A DNA stretch of 64,000 nucleotides, from the NCBI GenBank assembly GCA_963702845.1, contig OY969763.1, positions 4,896,001 through 4,960,000 on the forward strand. Direction: 5' to 3'. The notes under the pieces are model-generated. The model had not been told where the DNA came from. It searched no databases and saw only the letters and a program-made list of their open reading frames with translations. Source of the DNA: an uncultured Verrucomicrobiae bacterium. Its GTDB lineage: Bacteria > Verrucomicrobiota > Verrucomicrobiia > Limisphaerales > Palsa-1400. Of the stretch, positions 27,947 through 35,328 are shown one piece after another; position 1 is the stretch's first letter; every line of letters begins with the position of its first letter. A program made the translations under genes and the position numbers.

Positions 27947-30601
27947 TCACCGCGCTGTGGCGAGGGCGGCGCGCCCACGATCTCCGACTTCAACTGCCTT
28001 TGGTAGTTCAATCCAGAATTTGCTGCCCTTGCCGATTTCCGATTCGAAACCGACGTGGCCGTCCATTCGTTGGATGCACTTTTTAACGATTGCCAGACCG
28101 ATGCCTGTGCCGCCGTATTCGTCTTCATGATGCATGCGCTGGAACATGCGAAATATCTTATCCTGAGCCTCTGCTTGAATGCCGATGCCGTTGTCTTCAA
28201 TCCAAATCCTGACCATCCCCGAGTCATCGTAACGTTCTTCAGACCAGATGCGGACAGAAGGACGAACGCCGGGAGCAACAAATTTGACAGCGTTCTCCAG
28301 GATATTACCGACGCATTGAGTGAGGAGGGATTCGTTGCCCAAAACGTACAACCCTTCGAACTCCAGATTGATATCAGCGACGTGCGATTGGAGAGAGGGA
28401 TAAGTGTCAATCAAGCCGCGCAAGAGTTTGCCAATGTCCAGACGAGTCACCGAAGCATCTTCACGTAACACGCGATTGTAATTGAGGGCATCGGTGACAA
28501 GACGATCCAGCCGGACGGAACCCTCGCGGATACGCTGCAAGTAGTCCGCCCCCGGAGGATGTTGGCAATCAGGGCAGTCCTCCTCCAAAATATGTGCGAA
28601 GCCTTGCATGGCTCGCAACGGGGCGCGCATGTCGTGGATCATGCTGTAGGACATCTGTTCGAGCTCGGCGAGGGTCTCGCGCACCTCCTCGGTTCGCATC
28701 TCAACCTCTTCCTCTAAATGTTCCTGAAGGCGTTTGCGTTCGGTAACGTCGGTGTTGGATTCGAGAAGTTCTTGTATGTCGCCCTGTGCATTGAGCTCAG
28801 CCATCCAGTAGCTTTGGACGATGACTTGGCGGCCGGCTCGGGTTCGGTGCCGGAGTTCGCCTGACCATGTGTAACCCGCTTTCAGTTTGGCTTCGATGTT
28901 ATCCAATGGTTCGGGAAACACCGTTCGCAGCAGGTTATTGGCGCGTTTCCCTAGCGCATCTGCCCTGTTCCAGCCGTAGAGGCATTCAGCGCCGTCGCTC
29001 CAGAAGGTGATGGTGCCGTCGTGCTCTTCGACGAAAGTTGCGGCGGGAGCGAGATCGATCAACCGCGCCTGACGAATCAAGGCCTCTTCCCGCTCACGCA
29101 ATTCAGAAATGTCGGTGGCGGTGCCGAACCAGAGGCCCACTCGCCCCTGATAGTCTTTGTGAGGCACAACGCGCGCGAGAAAGGGTCGCAAGTTGCCATC
29201 AGCGCCGCGTAGTGGGTATTCCATGTCTATAAAAGGCTCTCCGGTATCAATCGATTGTCGCCATCGTTCCAACACTCTTGGGAGTGCCTTGGGGTCAACG
29301 ATACTTTGCCAGCCCCAGCCTTTCAGTTGATCCGGGGTGAGTCCGGTATATTCATAGCAGCGGCGATTAAACCAGATGGCATAGCCGTCGTCGCGGCAAA
29401 TCCAGGCGACTTGCGGCATCGCGTTCGCCATGGTGCGAAACCGCTCTTCGCTTTCCTGTAAAGCCTGCTCGGCTTCTTTGCGCCGAGTGACATCGCTGGC
29501 CGCACCGAACCACTCGACGATTTCGTTGTGCGCATCGAGCAACGGGACTGCCCGCGAGAAGGTCCAGCCTGCGCTGCCGTCTGCGCGCCTGACGCGGTGT
29601 TCGAGTTCGAAGACACTTTTTGTGCGGATCGCTTCGTGGATGACTTCCAGCACATGCGGTTGATCCTCCGGGAAAATGTATTTGTCCAACCACGTTCGGC
29701 TGGGGGCTTCCGTATCTGCGACAAATTGCGCGCCATGGAGTTCGCGCATTTCGCGCCAATCTGCGCTCATCCGATAGATGATATATGAACTGGCATTCAC
29801 CAGCGCGCGCAAGCGTTCTTCACTCTGGCGCAGAGCTTGATCGCGTTGTTTTCGACCTGTTACGTCGACATTGACTCCTAACAACCGCAGTGGCTTGTCG
29901 GATCCGTTATGAAAGGCCTGGAAACGGGCCGCCAGCCAGTGCACGGAGCCATTGGGCCAGATGACTCGCCATTCGCCTTCTTGCGTCTGGAATGTGGACA
30001 GAGCGCGGTTGACAGCGGCTATTACGTTAGGCCGGTCTTCCGGGTGGACCAACTGCTCCCAAGCCGACTCGGTACCGCCGAACTCGCCGGATTTGAGGCC
30101 GTATAGTGCTTCCATCTCTGGCGTCCAGGCGTCGATCCCGGTCTGGAGGTTCCACTCGAAAATGCCAATGCCGGTTGCCTGGCAGGCGAGGCGCAAACGT
30201 GCCTCCTTTTGTCGCAATGCTTCTGATTTCAATCGGAGCCGGCCTCCAAGGATGCTGACGCCGATGTTCACGGCGATAAAAAAGCCCAATGCGACTGCGT
30301 GAGGCACTACCTTGCCAAAAGGCAAGACGACCAAATCCCCCAGCATAACGCTGAGGATGGTGGCCAGCACCCCCGGACCTGTTCCACCGATAGCTGCGGC
30401 GGCAAACACGAAAGGATAGAATGTGATGTAGAGCGGCAGGTCACCGATTACGTGTTGGAACGACCACCTTATCAGCAGCGCAACCCCTGTTCCAACTACC
30501 GCTACAATGTAACCTATCCACCGACGCGCAGGCGGGATTCCCCGTTCGGCGTGTGCTTTTTTTCTTTTGAATTTACTGCTTCTCAGCATGCTTGGAAGCA
30601 A
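27947..30601 (-). CDS. Membrane PAS-domain sensor histidine kinase (DUF4118-like TM region, about 4 PAS/PAC, HisKA, HATPase)
   Basis: SMIHDMRAPLRAM H-box, NILENAVKF, IEDNGIGI and GTGIGLAIV; repeated PAS/PAC (VHPED, DVT.RK). Confidence 0.93.
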   Translation of the reverse strand: MLPSMLRSSKFKRKKAHAERGIPPARRWIGYIVAVVGTGVALLIRWSFQHVIGDLPLYITFYPFVFAAAAIGGTGPGVLATILSVMLGDLVVLPFGKVVPHAVALGFFIAVNIGVSILGGRLRLKSEALRQKEARLRLACQATGIGIFEWNLQTGIDAWTPEMEALYGLKSGEFGGTESAWEQLVHPEDRPNVIAAVNRALSTFQTQEGEWRVIWPNGSVHWLAARFQAFHNGSDKPLRLLGVNVDVTGRKQRDQALRQSEERLRALVNASSYIIYRMSADWREMRELHGAQFVADTEAPSRTWLDKYIFPEDQPHVLEVIHEAIRTKSVFELEHRVRRADGSAGWTFSRAVPLLDAHNEIVEWFGAASDVTRRKEAEQALQESEERFRTMANAMPQVAWICRDDGYAIWFNRRCYEYTGLTPDQLKGWGWQSIVDPKALPRVLERWRQSIDTGEPFIDMEYPLRGADGNLRPFLARVVPHKDYQGRVGLWFGTATDISELREREEALIRQARLIDLAPAATFVEEHDGTITFWSDGAECLYGWNRADALGKRANNLLRTVFPEPLDNIEAKLKAGYTWSGELRHRTRAGRQVIVQSYWMAELNAQGDIQELLESNTDVTERKRLQEHLEEEVEMRTEEVRETLAELEQMSYSMIHDMRAPLRAMQGFAHILEEDCPDCQHPPGADYLQRIREGSVRLDRLVTDALNYNRVLREDASVTRLDIGKLLRGLIDTYPSLQSHVADINLEFEGLYVLGNESLLTQCVGNILENAVKFVAPGVRPSVRIWSEERYDDSGMVRIWIEDNGIGIQAEAQDKIFRMFQRMHHEDEYGGTGIGLAIVKKCIQRMDGHVGFESEIGKGSKFWIELPKAVEVGDRGRAALATAR

Positions 30602-30690
30602 CTCCCCTCAAAGAGAACCTCTCTTATGCAGGGGTTGATGCAATGGAAACTTTCCCCTCGTTTTTGTTTTTTGTGCGCCTGTTTACCCTG

Positions 30691-30840
30691 ATGACGCACT
30701 GTTTAGAATGTGTGGATCGCGTGGAGAAAGCGTTGGAAGCAATTCCTGGCGTCGTCGCCACGGATGTGGAGCTGAATGGTGTCACGACCATCGATCATGA
30801 AAACGTGGATGAGAGAACATTGATGCGGGTGGTGGCCTAG
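30691..30840 (+). pseudogene. Heavy-metal-associated (HMA/CopZ) domain fragment
   Basis: MTHCLECVDRVEKALEAIPGV...V.L: CxxC plus an HMA helix, lacking the first strand and the C-terminal GY. Confidence 0.5.
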
Positions 30841-30897
30841 GTCTTCGCCTGCGAAATCCCGGAGGATGGCAGGCCGCCACTTCGTGAATTTTGGAAG

Positions 30898-30921
30898 GGG
30901 CGCGTCGCTCCGCGCGCGCCG
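30898..30921 (+). repeat. REP-like 24-mer; inverted copy at 34618-34641
   Basis: gggcgcgtcgctccgcgcgcgccg; exact reverse complement at 34618-34641. Confidence 0.75.
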
Positions 30922-31019
30922 CAGCCATTCGTTTTAGGAGAACGAGGTAATGAGTCTCTTATATCCGTTTTTCGTCCAGGTTCGCCTGTATTTGACTCGT
31001 GCCCGTCCGTTAAATCCCC

Positions 31020-31130
31020 AACCTCAACGAGGTTGAAGCCCTCAGCCTAGGGTTGCGAGCAACGAGCTACCCTAGGTAAAAAACCACAAACGAAGTTTCA
31101 CTTTCGCGAAGCGGCGACGAAGGAGTCAAT
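31020..31130 (+). repeat. REP hairpin plus junction repeat, copy 3
   Basis: aacctcaacgaggtt...agcctagggttgcgagcaacgagctaccctagg...tcactttcgcgaagcggcgacgaaggagtcaat. Confidence 0.85.
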
Positions 31131-31472
31131 CGTTTTTCTCTCCCAATCGCGAAAGCTAAATCTCGATGGCGGCCCATACCGCTTATGAGGGCAGCTACTG
31201 TCAACTGCGTAGGCGAATGCAATACGAACTGGAGCGGGCGGTAAGACTATGTATGCTGCGCCTGGACTGAGCGGCTGATCATGAGTTCCAACTTTTTGAC
31301 CACTACTGGTCGATGAAGCAAGCAAGCAAGCCAAACCGGGTTGATCAGCTTTATGAAGCCGGTGTGAAACCATTGATTATCAGCACACGCGATGCGAAAA
31401 CATTTCCGTCTGATTTACAAAGAGAACGTATCGTCCGGTTTCTGCCGGAACACATGACTTTCGAACTGCGAT

Positions 31473-32609
31473 ATGAACACCGGTGACGAAAGACATGCTG
31501 CAAAAAGTTTCATAAACACGGTGGAATTGCAGAAGCTGTCGTATGCGTCTTTCGGCAGACACTCAAAATCGCCGCATGTTCCAACCGACACGTATTTCTC
31601 GCACAAAATACGGAAACTCGGTACGTTTTTAGAAAACAAAACTCTACTGTATCTGGATACCAACCACTGGGTGAACCTGCGGCACGTCGTTCTGGAGAGC
31701 CGGTTGGAAGCTGTGGGATATCGTGAGGTTCTAGCTTTGTTAGAAAATCTACTTCAACAAGGACGAATTTGTTGCCCCGTCAGTTTTCTTTTGTTCATCG
31801 AACTGACGAAGCAATCCGACGCGAACACGCGAACGCATACCGCAAAATTAATGGACCATTTTAGCCAAGGGATCTGCTTTCAATTCCCCCCCGAAATGGC
31901 GCGGTCGGAGCTGCGGCATTTCCTTCTCAAAACAGCGGCAAAACAGAACCTTGGACCCAAGCCTTGGGTTTGGACCAAAGCAGGGTTCCTCGTCGGAGAG
32001 ATCCTCCCCACTGTGGAATCTATAGACGAACCGATAAATACATTGATCCAGAAAGGATGGATAGATGTGATGTGGGAGGTCGGGCTCACGCACTTGCAGT
32101 CTGAATTTGAATTTTTCAAAAGTAATATCGAGTTTTGGTACAAGTATGCGGAAGCGAGCAATGCGGATGCTCTATTTTACAGATCATCGACTTTGACTTA
32201 CGAAGAAATCCTTTACAGAGAAAAAGCTCTCTTAATCCGCAAATTGATGAAGGACGAACTCCATTCAGTCGCAGCAGAAATATGGAAAGCCTTCCCGCAA
32301 TGCCGAGACTCATTAGCAATTCAAAATCCAACGTTACCCGATTACAGCCCATGGAATTTTCCATCTCTGCAAGTATTGGCGGGAATTAGTGCGGCAGCGA
32401 TGAGAAGCACAATGAAATTCGAGGCAAACGACATGCTTGATTTTCGGCATGCTGCGTTGGCAATTCCGTATTGCAACGCCATCTTCTGTGACAGCGGAAT
32501 GGCTACTATTCTCCGAAACAAACCGTGCGAATTCGGAAGCGTTTATGGAGCGGAAGTCCTGGGTACCGTAGACGAAGTTTTGAGTTTTCTGAAAAGGTTA
32601 AATATCTAA
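31473..32609 (+). CDS. Hypothetical protein with PIN-like acidic motifs
   Basis: LYLDTNHW, LFIEL, NDMLDFRHAALAIPYC and IFCD; visibly more AT-rich than core genes. Confidence 0.6.
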   Translation: MNTGDERHAAKSFINTVELQKLSYASFGRHSKSPHVPTDTYFSHKIRKLGTFLENKTLLYLDTNHWVNLRHVVLESRLEAVGYREVLALLENLLQQGRICCPVSFLLFIELTKQSDANTRTHTAKLMDHFSQGICFQFPPEMARSELRHFLLKTAAKQNLGPKPWVWTKAGFLVGEILPTVESIDEPINTLIQKGWIDVMWEVGLTHLQSEFEFFKSNIEFWYKYAEASNADALFYRSSTLTYEEILYREKALLIRKLMKDELHSVAAEIWKAFPQCRDSLAIQNPTLPDYSPWNFPSLQVLAGISAAAMRSTMKFEANDMLDFRHAALAIPYCNAIFCDSGMATILRNKPCEFGSVYGAEVLGTVDEVLSFLKRLNI

Positions 32610-32684
32610 GCCCACAAAAGCTTGCGGCTTATCCGGTGAGGGTGCCAACCCCAAGCTATTAACACTGGACTATCTCTACAACGT

Positions 32685-32712
32685 TTGACAGATAGCTACT
32701 TCATGTTACAAT
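32685..32712 (+). promoter_or_regulatory. Near-consensus sigma70 promoter
   Basis: TTGACA-N16-TACAAT with extended TGn. Confidence 0.6.
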
Positions 32713-32950
32713 CCTACCGCTTGCACGAATTGTGCGACCTGCCCCGACATGAGTGTGTCCATGGCTAAGCCAATGACGGCCCATCAAATGAACAGAAAGG
32801 CAACCCGTGAAACCAGCACCGCAAACGCGAACAAAAGATCGCTTGTCGCGCCATAGCCAGGCAAAGGCGGAAGCGACCGGTGTGCCCATCAATCTCAGCG
32901 GTGCTGGCGCCATGCCTCTTTCATCCTTGTTCGTTCAGGGTTCAACCATT

Positions 32951-33425
32951 CGCCAATACCGCTTGGTATCGAGTAGTACCGGTAAGTATCGGTTTAAAAA
33001 AAATTATTTTTTCCGGCATCGATTCATCCTTCTGCCTTCAGCCTTCAAATTTGCACCCGTGACGGCTGTGACCCGTCCCACGTGACGGGTCCAAACGCGA
33101 AAACCCACAATGTTTATGCGGCTTGGGACGACCTGACGGGTGTAGAGGGGATAGGTGGGGGTCTGTCCACCACAGCCTTCGCGGCGCCGAATGTCTTTTT
33201 GACCTTCTCTCTCACTTATCCAACTAAATGTCACCAGATGTCAGTAGATGTCACTAGATGCAACCAAAAACGATCATACGTGGGCAGACACTTAGCGCAG
33301 ACACGTTGCGGAAAATCTCACGTAATCTCCAGTTCTCTACACCTGTCTGCCAGAGCCCAAAAAATTGCACCTACTGCCACGTGCTGTCACCTGCTGCCGG
33401 CCACTGCCACCAAAAAATTATTTTT
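32951..33425. repeat. Non-coding region with three 10-bp-period arrays and GACGG module copy B
   Basis: Arrays at 32951-32991 (GTAYCG), 33221-33270 (ARATG) and 33366-33411 (CTGYCAC); two end in AAAAAATTATTTTT. Module at 33061-33160. Confidence 0.75.
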
Positions 33426-33543
33426 ATACAAGCGCCACAAAACTCAGAAATCTCCACGCCCGCTTGCGTTTCGTTGCACTCAACCACGCGATTTTACCCC
33501 CGGTTTTGACGCATTTCCGCGTACGCTCGCGACCATTCCCGAA

Positions 33544-34485
33544 TTAAAACTTCGCGATGTATTGTTCCAACTTCACGGCGTCGGCGGCGAAGGTGCGGAT
33601 GCCTTCGGACAATTTTTCGGTGGCCATGGCACTCTCATTCAGTTCCCAACGGAATTGTTTTTCGTCGAGGCTGCGTTTGGGCAATTGCAATTGTTTGGCC
33701 ATTTCGGGGGACAACTTGCGTTGGACGGGTTCCGTGCTGGATTTGAGTTCACCGAGCAGTTCGGGGCTGATGGTTAAGAGATCGCAGCCGGCCAACTCGA
33801 GGACTTCGGCTTTGCTGCGGAAACTCGCGCCCATGACTTCGGTCGGGTAACCGTACTTTTTGTAGTAGGCGTAAATCTCGCGAACAGAAACGACGCCGGG
33901 GTCTTCGGATGCGGCGTAGTCTTTACCGGTGCTTTTTTTGTACCAGTCGAGGATGCGGCCCACGAAGGGCGAGATAAGTTTGGCATCGGCTTCGGCGCAC
34001 GCGATAGCCTGCGCCATACAAAAGAGCAGCGTCATGTTGCAGTTGATGCCTTCCTTCTGCAGGACGCGCGCGGCCTGGATGCCTTCCCAAGTCGTGGCGA
34101 GTTTGATCAGGACGCGTTTGCGGTCGATGCCGCGCTTTTCGTAGAGGGAAATAAAGAGGCGCGCTTCGTTGAGGAGGGCGTCGGTGTCGAAGGAAAGTTT
34201 GGCGCTGGTTTCAGTAGAGACGCGTCCGGGGACAATTTTTAAAATCTCGAGACCGAAGGCGACGAGCAGGTTGTGGAAAATGGCTTCGTGCGAGAGCGAT
34301 TGTTTTTTGCCGTCGGCGATGACTTGTTCGACGACGGATTTGTATTCAGGCTTTTGGGCGGCTTTGAGGATGAGGGTCGGATTCGTTGTCGCATCTTGCG
34401 GCAAAAACTCTTTCATCAAGCCGAAGTCGCCGGTATCGGCAACGATGCGGGTGAATTGACGGAGTTGCTCAAGCTGGTTTGTCAT
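33544..34485 (-). CDS. tal: Transaldolase
   Basis: [40 protein letters not shown] and [12 protein letters not shown]; start MTNQLEQL at 34485. Confidence 0.97.
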   Translation of the reverse strand: MTNQLEQLRQFTRIVADTGDFGLMKEFLPQDATTNPTLILKAAQKPEYKSVVEQVIADGKKQSLSHEAIFHNLLVAFGLEILKIVPGRVSTETSAKLSFDTDALLNEARLFISLYEKRGIDRKRVLIKLATTWEGIQAARVLQKEGINCNMTLLFCMAQAIACAEADAKLISPFVGRILDWYKKSTGKDYAASEDPGVVSVREIYAYYKKYGYPTEVMGASFRSKAEVLELAGCDLLTISPELLGELKSSTEPVQRKLSPEMAKQLQLPKRSLDEKQFRWELNESAMATEKLSEGIRTFAADAVKLEQYIAKF

Positions 34486-34671
34486 ATGGAAATCAAACCC
34501 TGAATTGGAGAAAAAGCAATGAGGAGCGGGAAGGTCGGTCGAAAGTCGAAGGTCGAGAGTCGAGGGCAAAAGCGTCAGTCGGTCAGTCGGTGAGTCGGAA
34601 GGTGGGAGGAATACGGACGGCGCGCGCGGAGCGACGCGCCCTACCCTGCTCGCGAGGTTCGCGAGGAATGG

Positions 34672-35323
34672 TTATTGCAGTTTTAGGACGCCTTCGGAGA
34701 TGGCGAATTTGGTCAGGCCGGCGACGGAGTGGATGTCGAGTTTGCGCATCAAGCGTTCGCGGTGCGTTTCAATGGTGCGCACGCCGACGCCGAGTTGGTC
34801 GGCGATTTCTTTGTTGCTCAGGCCAGAGGCGATGAAGCGCAGGACTTCTTTTTCGCGATCGGACAAGTTGCTTATGGCCGGTTTATCGGCGGTGCGGGAT
34901 ATTTCGTTCAGCAAGACGCTGGAAATGGCAGGACTGAAAAAGGCTTCGCCGGAGTGAACCAATTCGATGGCGCGAATCAACTCGGCGGGCGGGCTGTTTT
35001 TCAGGACGTAACCGCGCGCGCCGGATTTCATAATCTCGACGACGTATTCGCGGTCCTGGTGCATGCTCAAGACGAGGACTTTGGTCTTGGGCGCGTTTTG
35101 CACGATGACCTTGGTGGCTTCAAGGCCGTTCATTTCCGGCATGTTGATGTCCATCAGTACCGATTGCCGGAGAAAATTCCTGAACGCGTTTGATGGCGTC
35201 TTTGCCGTTTTCGGCTTCGGCGACAATCTTCATGTTCGGCTGAGTCGAGAGACGGGCACGAATGCCCTCGCGGACGATCGGATGGTCGTCGGCTAAAATG
35301 ATTTTGATCGGATCGGATTTCAT
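34672..35323 (-). CDS. NarL/FixJ-family response regulator (REC + LuxR HTH), frameshift near 35165
   Basis: IILADDHPIVREG (one frame), then VLMDINMPEMNG, GARGYVLK and LSDREKEVL...SNKEIA...TIETHR (second frame). Confidence 0.92.
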
Positions 35324-35328
35324 CGGAT

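Noticed and set aside
26436..31130. 33-bp direct repeats as a CRISPR array
   Set aside because: Copies are 1.2 and 3.4 kb apart with whole genes between them; no cas genes.
20922..33543. Prophage or ICE
   Set aside because: No integrase, structural, replication or conjugation genes recognised; only cargo-type genes and repeats.
34530..34600. 7-8-bp tandem repeats (agtcgaa/ggtcgag; gtcagtcg) upstream of tal
   Set aside because: Short low-copy intergenic repeats with no further structure; not treated as a system.
35120..35226. Programmed frameshift in the response regulator or GH57 gene
   Set aside because: No clear slippery site with stimulatory structure, and many unrelated genes are similarly broken.
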